Of a stretch of DNA of 64,000 bases, positions 51,701 through 64,000 are shown piece after piece. The stretch's first letter is position 1. Each line of letters starts with the position of its first letter. Source of the DNA: Paramecium tetraurelia (taxonomy: Eukaryota). Under the pieces are notes generated by a model. The model saw only the letters and a list, made by a program, of their open reading frames with translations. It was not told the DNA's origin and searched no databases. The position numbers and the translations under genes were made by a program. The stretch lies in the NCBI GenBank assembly GCA_000165425.1, contig CT868396.1, positions 332,826 to 396,825 on the forward strand, in the 5' to 3' direction.

Positions 51701-53815
51701 CCCGGATTAATAGAAGTATGAGGTTAATTTGATGAGTCCTGTAGATTTAAGCGCTAATCCAACTCCATTGAATTCTGCAAATCCCCTATTGAAATAGCAA
51801 GAGTTCTATAGTCAAATAGGATAAAATCCTGAAGGCATCTCGTACTCATCTAAAAATCAATTTGGCAGGGCAGTGGATATGGATGATTTAGAATAAGTTA
51901 AGAAACCTTAATTTGAAAACAAGGGCGATGATACGAATTCTTCCCAGGTGGGATGGGCCAAATAGTCACAATTTTATAAGAAATATGAAATGATTTAATA
52001 AATTTTGAGACCTCATATTCCTAAGCAACTCAGGATATTTACCATTTTATTAGTAGTGTATTTTATGATTAGTTGTATTCATTATATCATCATAATCACA
52101 AAGAATTAGAGTGATCTAAATTAGTTTATATCTGAGATTGACATGATAGAATTACATAGTAGTTTCATGGCACCTCATGATATATTTGTAGCAATGAGAG
52201 TAGCAATACTTTCATACAACGCTTATGTTTCTACTGGTGCACTTACATAGCCTTAAGCGAATGCGTTGACGAAACCATTTTATGATAACATTTAAATTGG
52301 ATTTAATGAAATCAAGGAAGTAATTATTAAATAGTTAAACAACCAAAATCTATAGCCTTTTTTTGAAAACAAAACTATTGGGATGATTTTTATGGGTGCA
52401 AACACAAGTGATGTTTATAATCAGACAATGAATATTAGAGAAGCCTTGCAATAAATCCTTTAGAATTTACATCAATTTAAATATCGATATGAGAATAGAA
52501 TGAGCGCAGCGGGTAGTGCTATTTAAGTGTTTGGAGTTGCAAATTAATTCTTTCTTCATTATTGGTTAGAGCAATTAACTTTGGAAATTATGGATTACTC
52601 AACCAATAGAAGTAATAAGATAGAATCTGATTGGACTATGATTTGGGCTATTTTCGTTGTGATTACCTTGCTAGTTACACTATGTATAGTTCATTATTTT
52701 AGGTTGTTCAATCAGAGATAGGATATGTATTTGGGAGTGTTCAAGTTTTGTAATTTAAGTAGATTGCAATATGAGATAGATAGATACAAATTGATTCAGA
52801 AACAATTATCAAAGAATCCTGATCAAATTTTCTTGTATAAGTTTGACTTATCACAAAAGGAGCAATAGCTTCTGATACAATAGAAAATACTGGATCAATT
52901 AAATAGAAAGAATAAAGATTAATAGAGGAATAGTTAATTGCAATATGAACCTTTATCAATAATAATGAGTGTCTCTCTAATCTTGGGAGTTTGGATTATA
53001 TTTTTGGGATTGAGTGTGATAATATTCTAGGGAGAGTTGAGTTTCTTGAAAAAATACCCTGACACAGTTAACATTTACAAATTAATCCAAGATATGACCT
53101 ATTCTTCTGCTACTCTGTATTAAAATAGAGATTACCATTTCATATTTCCCAACTTTACCTATTTGACTGAATTTGATAGTAAATAGATATTTTCACTGAT
53201 TGATTAGGGAATTGAAAATATTGTGAAGTTTAACTTATTGACATAGGAATTTGATTCATCCAAATATTAGGTAAATAACGATTTTGTGTCTTTCTTTAAT
53301 TAAGTTTAGAAGTAGTCGGTTTGTGATATTTTAAGTGAAGAGCAACTGGGATTTTTGGTAGATTTTTGTCCCATTTCAATATAAGGAAATTATTTGAAAG
53401 GAGTGGTGGCAGCGTTGAATTTTATAAAAAATTAGATATAAACTTAGATTGTCGTTAATAAATTTAGTACACGAGTAGAATATCCTATTTATGACAATGA
53501 GGCTGGAATCATAATGGTTAGAGTATTTTAGATGATGACTTCGAAATTGAAATCAAGTATGTTGGGAGTTACAACTGAGTTACAAACTGTCTCAATTGTA
53601 TTTATTATATTTATGTATTTTAGGTACTATCAGCAATATATTTAATATTTGCTGTGTTATCAATCTCAGTGACATTTCTAGGATTGAAAAAATACTTAGA
53701 AACAGAATTTAACACCATCAAAAGATTCGTGCAATTAATACCATCTTCCATAACCATGTTAGATGATTAATTTGAAAGATATGTAAGAGCATTATTAGTC
53801 GAAGAGATTTCGTGA
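48780..53815 (+). CDS. large multi-pass membrane protein of the ciliate PAS-associated (TmcB-like) family
   Basis: N-terminal multi-TM block, degenerate PAS-like region (IQNITPQICKFF..NIDYLLP), further TM helices, C-terminal LKKYLETEFNTIKRFVQLIP. Confidence 0.7.
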
Positions 53816-53927
53816 ATTATGATATAAATTTAATGAAAATGCATTAGAGAAATACATTAATGAGCATAATAATCAACTTTAAAGAAAGATTCACAATTGC
53901 TAAGCAAGTTTGGAAATAGTTACAAGA

Positions 53928-55532
53928 TCATTCAATTCTTTATTAATTTCTTGTATTTAATTTATTATCTGAAGCAGTGTTTATCTTTTTTCCTATTTTA
54001 TCTTTAGATCAATCTATTATGAAATCTCATTTTCAATGTCCTCGTATTTCATATTAAGTATTTTCAATTATTCATTTAAATGATGGATTCTTTATTAGGC
54101 TTGGAAGTATTTCTATTGCTTATTTGCACTTAATTAATCTGTTTAAACGCGTTCATCTGCCGAATTCCCTTTATTATACCTATCGTCACTCTTCTACTGA
54201 GTAAGAAAATTATATTCTTAAGTCTTTTATCTACTAAATGCACTACTCTATAAATCATTTTATGGCTATTTAAACAATTCTTATTAAATATTAAACATCG
54301 AATTGCGAGGTTAATCTAATATCTTTTTGTTGCTATCATTATTGATCCTCCTATAATTCCTTACACTTTGAGTCTTGTTGTTAAAGATATTCGTACTCAA
54401 TTTACTCCTTTTCGATGTGTCCCTAGGACTTTACGTATGAATTATGGAATTGGAAGACAAATTAATCAATTATTGCTTGAGTAAATCAATTTAGATGTGA
54501 GACTCTGATAATTTCTTAACTCTTTTGAATTCTGATTTTTCCAATTCATACTTTAAATGTTCTAACTCTAATTTCAACTTTAAATTGAGCTCCTTATATT
54601 ATTCCACCTATCCAGTCAATTCTTAGATCTAGATTTGATATTTAGTTGTTTCTTCTTGCAATCCTACCATAAAAGTGATTTATACTCTAGATTTTCGCTT
54701 CATCGTATTATGTTGTATAGCAATTCATATAAGTTCGTATTTCAAATAGTTGCTCTTTTAATTTACTGACTTCGTCCAACAACCGCTCATTCTTTTCAAT
54801 TAAACATTTGCCATCTCTCCTCTCCTAATCTAAAATGTATTCAAGATTGCTATTATTCTATTTACATAATTCGAATACTTACTTATTTCTCCTACTAAAT
54901 TGCTTGGTTTTGAGAGTTAATTTTATTTCTATAGTTTTAATTGCTTTCCAATTGCAATTCCAACTAGTCTGATCTATGAGTGAATAGATAAATGAATTAC
55001 AACTACTGTATAGTTTCTTATTATTCTCTATATCTTTAGTCTGATTATAAAGCGATGTTAATTAAATTTTGTTGTAATTATTAAATTTTTTATTCATACT
55101 CTTCTTTCATTGAGTCTTTTTCAATTTCTATCTCAGCTAACTTTTACTCAACATCTCTAATTTATTGGTTCTCACTTAATTTGCCATGAGAACTTACTTA
55201 TCTTTCCTATATCTCGCTTGATTTAATAAATTCATGAGAATTCTATGAGGATATATGTTGTATATTCATACAATCTAGGTTTGTAGATTTTAGTTTTCAG
55301 TTTCTAAGGATTTGATTTTGTCTTGCAATGCTTTCATAGCATTCACATAACTCTAAGATGTTGATAAATTGCTTGATAATTTTTAATCATCTGATGGGCT
55401 TAGTTAATTCGAGAGTTTTTTGGAGTGATCCTTTCCGCGGACTAGATAACCACTGAAGAGTTGGGCATTTAAGATATGAGAGTATTTAGGTTATTTATCA
55501 ACAATGATTGAATGAACACTGTTGGTTTTCAT
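53928..55532 (-). CDS. hypothetical coiled-coil protein (~534 aa)
   Basis: ATG 55532 and TGA 53928-53930 in frame; Q/E/K-rich heptads. Confidence 0.65.
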
Positions 55533-55627
55533 AATAGTTAAATTAAATTAAATTTAATATATAAAACATAAGAATAATTAAAGTATATAGAATAGATAAC
55601 CAAATAAGTTGTTTTAGTAAATTTGAA

Positions 55628-56437
55628 TCATTAAACCTTCAGGCTTGTGCTTTCTTCTACTCTTCCTATTTTTTATTGGTTTCAAAATATTTCTTAGAAT
55701 CTGATATCAGAAATTGGATGATCTCATTGTCGTATATTTCTTGAGTGCTAAAAATAGCGTTGAGGTAGACTTCAAGATCTTCTCTTCTTTTTTCGATTGT
55801 CTCTAGGAGAAGTTAAAAATAGGTACCTGGATTTTCATTGGTTTAGCCAAAAAGCTTACGAGTAGGGAATGGAGGTAATTTACCTTTGTATCCTTGCTCA
55901 ACCAATGCATCATGAATATTCTTGATTTCTGAGTATCTCTGCTTGTAGATCCATTCCTCTTTTGTGATTTTGTTCTTAAATCTCATAGAGTAGATTACGA
56001 CATCATCATAAACCGTATAGCTTTCAATGGAGACAGTGATTTTCATTCTATGATTAGATTCTGTATTGTTACTACTAATTGAAAGGGGTTTCAATAGGCA
56101 AATAGGATTGGACAGGAGGCAGACTTAAAACTTTGTCAATGCTGAATAGCTGATTGAAATAAAGTTCTAATTCTTGTTGTCTCTGAATGATCTTTTCTTG
56201 ATTCTTGTTGGTTTTGGAGAAGAGCGATCTTTTTGGGAATTCAGGCAATTATAACTAGAGTTTGAGGAGATTGATGTTTTTTATCAATTGTTCATGAAGG
56301 TCCTTGAGTTCTGAATATCTGTTCATTGTTGTTCTAGTATCTGCAGGATTGTTCACATTGGTCACTATGATTTAGTAATGGACTTTGTCATTCTGGATGA
56401 GATTGTTGATCTTGACTGAATAATGTTTGAGTATCAT
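55628..56437 (-). CDS. tandem PX (phox homology) domain protein
   Basis: Two repeats: RYSELKDLHEQL..LPEFPKRSLF..RQQELELYF and RYSEIKNIHDAL..LPPFPTRKLF..RREDLEVYL. Confidence 0.88.
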
Positions 56438-56511
56438 CAGAGAATGTTGAATAACAAATTAAATTAATTTTATGGGAAATATTTAACTCAATATATTACT
56501 TTAATTAATTA

Positions 56512-59500
56512 ATGGATTTATTTGGTGTTTTTGAAACAAATGCAAATGCAGATGGAATTCAAGTGGAGAACCAAGTGGAGGAAGAAGTGTCAATGAATGT
56601 AGAAGCATAGGAGAAGGTTGAGGCATTTAAGATAATAAAAAACCAAGAGAATGAAGGGTGCATTCATGAGTGGTACACACCTGAAGATTACTAACCAATT
56701 CAAGAAAAGAAACAGAATGCAAAATAATATAAGTTTACTTTGGATCCATTCCAAAAAGTAGCAGTGAAGACTCTGGAATCAAATGAATCGGTATTGGTGG
56801 CTGCCCATACAAGTGCAGGCAAAACAGCAGTAGCAGAATATGCAATAGCCATGGCTAAGAGAGACAAGCAAAGAGTTGTGTATACCTCTCCAATCAAGGC
56901 TTTATCAAATTAGAAATACAGAGAATTGTAATAGGAATTTGGAGATGTGGGATTGGTGACAGGAGATGTGACATTGAATGAGAATGCCTTTTGTTTGGTA
57001 ATGACAACAGAAATTTTAAGGAGTATGCTGTATAGAGGCTCTGAAATTGTGAGGGAAGTAGCATGGGTAATTATGGATGAAGTACATTATATGAGAGATA
57101 GAGAAAGAGGAGTGGTTTGGGAAGAGACCATCATCTTATTGAATTAAAATGTACACATATATATATAAATCATTAGGTTCGATTTGTCTTTTTATCTGCT
57201 ACAATTCCTAATGCTAGTGAATTTGCTGAATGGGTCTGCAGAATCAAACGCCAACCTTGTCATGTTGTCTATACTGATTATAGACCTACACCTTTACAGC
57301 ATTATTTATTTCCAAGTGGTGCTGAGGGAATCTATTTAGTTGTTGATGAAACAGGAAAATTTAAAGAAGATAAATTTCAAGAGGCAGTAGCAAAGTTGGA
57401 GGAAAATGTTGAAAATACAAGGAAGAGAAAGGCTACTGAGGGTTCAGATCTATTTAAATTGATGAAGATGATCTAAGAGAGAGAATTAGCACCAGCCATA
57501 GTATTCTCCTTTTCTAAAAGAGAAGTAGAAGGATATGCTATTGGAATGTAGAAATTGGATTTGACTACTCCTAAAGAAAAAGAGAACATTGAAACCATCT
57601 ATAAAAATGCCATGAATTGCTTATCTGAAGAGGATAGACAACTACCACAAATTCAATTAATGCTTCCAATTTTAAAGAAGGGAATTGGAATCCATCATGG
57701 TGGATTATTACCAATAGTCAAGGAAATCATAGAAATTCTCTTTTAAGAGGGATATCTTAAGGCTTTATTTTCAACTGAAACATTTTCTATGGGATTGAAT
57801 ATGCCCTCCAGAACTGTGGTGTTCACTTCAGTCAGAAAATTCGATGGTGAATAATTCAGATGGATTCAAGGAGGAGAGTATATTCAAATGAGTGGTAGAG
57901 CTGGTAGAAGAGGTATAGATGACAAGGGAGTGTGCATTTTAATGTGTGATGAGAAGATGGACTAAGAAGTGGCTAAATCTATGCTCAAGGGAAAATCAGA
58001 TTGTTTGAATTCCTCATTCAGATTATCATACAATATGCTTATCAATTCGATGAGAATGGAAGACACAGATCCTGAATTCATTATCAAGAAGTCTTTCCAT
58101 TAATTCTAGAATGATAGGTAATTACCTGAAATGAAGGAGAAGTTATCAGACTTCAAACAAAAACGAGACTAAATATAAATAGAAAATGAAGACAAATTGG
58201 GTAATTATCATGATCTAATCTCTTAATCTACACACATCTACAATAAAATAAGGAAGATCATCTATCAACCACAGATTGTCTTACCATTTATGCACATAGG
58301 CAGAATCATTAGAATCAAGGGATCAGATGGAGATTGGGGATGGGGCATATAAATCAATTTTATGCAAAAGAAGTTTGGAAATAAAAAGAATAAAGATCAA
58401 GAGCAATCCATCATTTTAGATGTGATGTTGTATGTCCAAAAAAGAAAGAAGGTATACATATTTAGATAATATTAAGAATGAACCACTCTAACCTCAATTA
58501 TCATACGATCAAGAAGGAGAGTTGGAAATAGTGCCACGTATCTATAGAACAACTCTATGAGATCAGTACCATCAAATTGAATCTACCCAAAGACCTTAGA
58601 ACCAACGAAAGCAAATAACAAATTAAATAGACTATGATTAAATTGCTCAAAGAATTCAAGGGATAGCCTCCTCTCATTCATCCGATTAAGGACATGAAGA
58701 TTAATGATGACTAATTGGATCAATTGCTTGAATAGAGATAATCACTTCTAGAACAAGTAGAATAAGTGAAGAAGGACCTAAATAATTAGAATCTGGAACA
58801 GGAATTATCAATCTATGATGAGAAAATTAAATTAGGACAAACAATCAAATTGCTGAATAAATAGATTGAGGAAAGTTCGTAAATGGTTTTGAGTGGAGAT
58901 CTCAAGAGAATGAAAAGAATTCTAAGAAGATTATAATACATATCCAAGGATGAAATTGTGTAAATGAAGGGTAAAGTGGCTTGTGAAATATCAGCAGGAG
59001 ATGAGATTATGGTATTTATTATAATCTATATATTTTCTATTAGTTAACTGAACTATTAGTAAGTGGACTCTTCAACGATTTGTCTTCTGAAGAGATTTGT
59101 GCTGTATTGAGTGTCTTTGTGCATGATGAAAATAATAGTGAAAAGTTCTAACTTAAGAATGATAAAATGCAATAATTATACACAAAAGTGCTTGATCAGG
59201 CTAAATATCTTTATACTGTATACACAGAATCAAAGATGAACATTGATGAAGTAATATACTTTATATCATAACTTTTTAGAAAGAGTATTTAGCTACATTC
59301 AAGAGTTAAATGATGGAGGTAACCCTGGCTTGGTGTTAGGGATAGTCATTCTTGTAGGTTTGCAAAATGACTGATCTGTTTGAAGGATCCATCATTAGAT
59401 GTCTTAGACGATTGGATGAATTAATTAAATAATTGGAAGAGGCTGCTAAGGTGATTGGAAATAAGGAATTGGAAAATAAGTTTAAGGAAAGTTCTAAGAA

Positions 59501-59543
59501 GCTTAAGAAAGGTATTGTTTTTGCTGCATCTTTATATTTGTGA
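56512..59543 (+). CDS. MTR4: MTR4/DOB1 exosome-associated DExH RNA helicase (apparent 1-nt insertion at ~58537)
   Basis: [65 protein letters not shown] and terminal IVFAASLYL. Confidence 0.95.
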
Positions 59544-59571
59544 TTGTATTTATTGAATTATTATTTAATCT

Positions 59572-60035
59572 ATGAGTGATAAGAATTGTTTTGAACCCAT
59601 TTGCGAAAAGGAGGACATCCTCAATCTCAAATCTAAAAAGAGATCTAAGCTCTAATTCGAGGAGGATTCATCAACTCAGGAATGTCCTCTCAAAAGAAAC
59701 ATATATGGCAATTACACTTGGAATATGTTGCACACTACAGCAATCTACTATCCAGATGAGCCTACACAGGAGTAACAATAGAAGATGAGAAATTTCTTTG
59801 ATGCCATTGCTGAATTCTACGCTTGCAAACATTGTAAGGCTCATTTCCAAAAGGATATTTTGAAAAGTAAAGGGAATGTTAAATTGTATTAGATCCTCCA
59901 TAAGTGACATCGAGGAAGGATCTTTCAATTTGGTTATGTTAGAGACACAATGATGTGAATTAATTACTAGGGAAGCAGTAATTTGATTGTAGTTTTGAGA
60001 ACCTTGAGAAGAGATGGAGAACGGGATGTTAATGA
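59572..60035 (+). CDS. ERV1: Erv1/ALR FAD-linked sulfhydryl oxidase; one intron
   Basis: GNYTWNMLHT, YACKHC redox CxxC, WLCQRHNDVN, FDC, KRW. Confidence 0.92.
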
Positions 60036-60112
60036 ATAAAATTAATTGTGTTATTTTTGTGCTTATATTTTGTTATTTTGTAAATGGGATGATTTATAAT
60101 TCAATTGAATTA

Positions 60113-60844
60113 ATGAATGAATAAAAATTAAGAGAGATGATGAAAATCTATACTCTTTCAAAATAAGTAAACAAAAAGGCTGAATAGAATTTTATCAAAT
60201 TTTCTACTTAATATTATAAATTGCATAAGAATGACATGACTCCAGATTTATTGGACGAGGTCAATTCTCTAAGAACATAGATCAAGTCTGATAGAGTTGC
60301 ATTTTCTAATTAGAATTCTCCTCTAGTAAGTCCTCGTCTTACTACCGATCCTCTATTTAATTGTAAAAAAGGATTTAAATTTATTATAGTCAAAGAGGAG
60401 AAGCCAAAACTAAATTCCATATATTCAGACGACAAACATTAACAAATATTCAAACTCTATATGGAAGAAATCAGTGATCTCAAATCATGTAACTCCTGTT
60501 GACCTATTCCTAGAACTCAATTAGGCTAATTCTAAGATATTAGGTAACGTTTTTGAATAAAATAAGAATTAAATCTAAAGATCGAATCAAAAAGAGTTAG
60601 AGTCAAAGATCTCACCTAACAAGTAAGAGTAATGCAGTAGCATAATTAGATCTTAGATATGAAGTCTAATCTATTACAAAAATCAACTGTCCAGATGCTC
60701 AATTGTAGTTTTGATTAAAGGAAGTAGACCTAGTCTTCTGATCTGAACAACGAATAGAGTAGAGAATTATTTAAGACTGAGATATACAGAGCCTTAGAAA
60801 AATACAATAACAACAAGTAGGAATAGAGTAAAGAGTATAAATGA
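60113..60844 (+). CDS. hypothetical coiled-coil protein
   Basis: Open frame in code 6 with a probable 27-nt intron at 60363-60389. Confidence 0.55.
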
Positions 60845-62454
60845 AGACAGGTCATATTGGTTTCAATTTTTGTGTTTTATGATTATATTAACAAGGCATA
60901 AGATTAATTGATATTTAATTTAATGGAACAGCAATCTAGAAGATAACAAGTAATTATTACACTTAATGATTATGCTATCTAGATCAAAAGAGAGCTGAGA
61001 CGAAATTGATTAGCTTCACCTATTTCCTAATAGAATTAGACAAAACTAACTGGAGAACAGAAATTATAGAGTAATCAATTTAGTTAGACAAATGCTAAAG
61101 AAGAAAGATCAACCAAGTAAAACAGTCTGTAAAACATTCATATTTAAAATGCAAAATCAAATTGATTAAAAAGTAGTGTAATTTTGGAATAAAAAATTTT
61201 AAGAAAAAGAACTTTATATTTATATTAACTTATTTAATCAAGAACTTGGTTTTATGGTGTAGAATTATCAATGCTAATTACATTAATTACACATATTTAA
61301 TTTTATTCAATCAATAATTAAACTTAATGAGAATAATTTAAAAATTAAATTAATGGTTTGATTTTATATAATCAATAGATTTTCAAAGCATAATAAGGCA
61401 TACATAATCATATATTAATATAGAACTATCCAAAATAGTTAATAAACTATTAATTACTTCCCAATATATCCAGAATTTAATTTAATATATCAGGCTTACT
61501 GAAATTCTTAAAAATCAACTAAATATCTTTTAAATGATAAAGATAATATCGTATCTAATTAAAAAATGAAAACAAATATCTTCGATTTTAATATTTAAGG
61601 TAAGTAGAAATTATTCATAAAACTTAAAATATGATGTTCAGCTTCATCAATTAAGAAGAAATGAAAAATTCATCATTAAGGCTTGACCAAAAGTTGAAAA
61701 GAAGAAAGCTAATTGAATTTTAAAGTGAAGATTATTGAAATACAGAATTCTTGAAATTAATACATTTTATCAAATTTTTGATTGAAATTTGAAATTACAT
61801 TAATTTGATATAGTTCGCAAGATTTCATTAAGGATAATTAGTAATTGGCAGATTAATAATATACTTAAAATAGATTAAATAACTAACCTAAAGTGATGAT
61901 TTTAAGGAGAGTAAATTATTAAATTAAGATTATAGAAAGAAATATGATATTAGATAATATTTAGTGATCATTAAATGATCGTAAAAACAATTGGAGTATG
62001 AATCAGATAATTCTCGCCTCTTAAAAGTGATTTCTTTAACTCATAAAAATAAAGAACAGACCCAATGTCTGAATCATGAACTAAGATTAGAAAATGAGAA
62101 ATTTTTGACCCTCGCGGTCAATTAAGATTTAAATGACTGGATTTTAATAATTAAAGCAATTCATCTAGTTTTCAAAGCAGTCATGTAAGAAACATCTCAA
62201 ATAAGGGAATAAGAAGTTGAATACCAATGGTTAAGGATATATAAAGAATCTCAATTGGTTCTTATACATGGTGAGTCCTGGGTACTTGGAACTTATTTTC
62301 ACAAAATGGAAATAATTTAAATGTCAATTGCCACTATTAAACAGTGAATGCAATTCAGACATGTAGAAATTTCTGGAGGATGTTTGTGATTAGGACATTA
62401 TTTAATAATGATTAAGAATATTTCGTATTGAATTTATATATTTTTACAACAGCT

Positions 62455-63052
62455 TCAGCACTTTTCATCATGGTAACTCCAAAGAAAACTCTTTGGTCCT
62501 CTTCCTGCGGCTCTCTTTACAAACTCTGCATCATTGGGAGGTTTCATCTGATAATAATAACATTAATCCTCACTTTTTTTGTAGCACTTGACAACATGGA
62601 TTGGATTGAGAGACACACAGATGATACAGTCAATGCAGCTGACCATTCTAAAATGAATATTCAACAAGTAAATACCATCAAATAATATTGATAAACAAAT
62701 GAATCCATTTGAATAGATATGTTCATGCTCAGGTGGCTTACCAATAAAGATGACCTAATTCTAATTATTATAATACTTCAGGTGATTCAATTGGCTAATT
62801 TCAAAAAAAAAGAGCTAAATAAGAATAAGTACTTCTACATATTCATTTGAGAATTTGAACTGCAATCTAAAATATCAATATCAATGCTTACTCGAATTTC
62901 TCCCCTTGATAAAGAGTCCCTTTTGCACCTTCAAATGCAACAATCCAATGTTTGATATCATTATTGGGCATCCTTACATTGAATTAATCAGTATATGATT
63001 TTTGCATCTGCTCTAAGTCTTTTTAGAGTCTCTTGGCCATTCTGGTTTACAT
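62455..63052 (-). CDS. UBE2W: ubiquitin-conjugating enzyme E2, UBE2W family; 5 introns
   Basis: AKRLQKDL, GTLYQGEKF, YPIESPEV, HEHIYSNGFICLSIL..WSAALTVSSVCLSIQSMLSS and terminal WSYHDEKC, typical of UBE2W. Confidence 0.9.
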
Positions 63053-64000
63053 TTTTCTTTTAAAATAATTATAATTTTTCTTAATAATAATGCTTTAGAT
63101 TAATAACAGAAAACCAAGAACATATGCAATGTTTGATTAGTTTATCCCATAATACTAAACACTAAAAATTCTCAGAACTTAGTTTAAATTTCTATTTATG
63201 AGATATAAAATTTGATTAATTTATAATTTACAATATAGATGGAAGATTGCATTTAATAATATATTTAGCAATACTTTACGAAACTTCATTCTCTAAATAC
63301 AAAATTTGATTATCAGGAGTGAATTATGCGAAAGGCATCAACATCTCTTATTTGTTGCTCCAACAATATATTTAAAAAAAAGTCTTTTTAATTTTTTTGG
63401 CTTAAAACGTCATTCAAAAATTGGAAAACTGAAATATGATTTTGTGGCAGAATAAATTATATGAGTAGGTTATGTGATTAGTTTTGTTTTAAAGTAATAT
63501 AATTTGATTAAAACCATAAGAATAAAATTTGTGAATAAAAATGGGATTTATTTTTGAAATTACTTAAAGAAGCAGTCCAACCTAATTGAATAATTCAAAA
63601 AGTCAAGGATTTTTAATGGTTTGATTAATTTTATAATTAATTATTTATTAGATGATTAATTAATCAAACAATGAATAATCGTCTAAAAATATCAGTAATT
63701 TAATTTAAATAAATGAAGTATATTCAGTAACTAATTCGCATTTTCTCGTTCGAAATTCATTTTAAACTTTATTAAATAGCTCCACCAAGCCATGTAATTA
63801 CATCATTCAGCTTGATTTAAGGATGGATAAATTTAATTAATGAATATTATGTATAATACGGCATTTTAAATAGCATATCTTTTTTTTGTTTCTAATTATA
63901 ATATTTCGAATTAAAATACAACTAAATGTATAGCTTTTTGACCAACTAACTCATCTTTGATCTCTAACTCACCTAATAAAACAACTATTGGAATATGTAT

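Noticed and set aside
63100..64000. Possible IES or transposon remnant in the AT-rich end of the window
   Set aside because: No terminal inverted repeats, transposase motifs or telomeric repeats seen; IESs cannot be called without germline sequence.

Overview
This is AT-rich, gene-dense ciliate macronuclear DNA, almost certainly Paramecium (aurelia-type). TAA and TAG read as Gln, only TGA stops, and GT-AG introns are mostly 21-33 nt, so the supplied standard-code ORF track is fragmented; I retranslated genes by hand with code 6. About 33 protein genes and one tRNA-Val(AAC) are supported. They include PP1, PP5, an SRP14-like protein, a malic enzyme, an S1/P1 nuclease, a Mei2-like RRM protein, an NDUFB9-like LYR protein, an HSF, a ~9 kb IP3R/RyR-family channel, an ABCB/MDR transporter, arsenite methyltransferase, a Rab, MTR4, Erv1 and UBE2W. 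The most unusual items: (1) a compact two-repeat cation channel with CatSper-like TLDSW/TLDDW filters and no voltage-sensor arginines; (2) an internally duplicated bacterial-type malic enzyme whose halves have complementary motif losses; (3) a protein with four tandem SP-RING-like domains; (4) an intronless bacterial-type arsM with a Cys-Cys-rich N-terminal extension; (5) a probable divergent TFIIA-gamma. All family calls rest on motif recognition by eye. No database searches were run, and ends of hypothetical genes are approximate.
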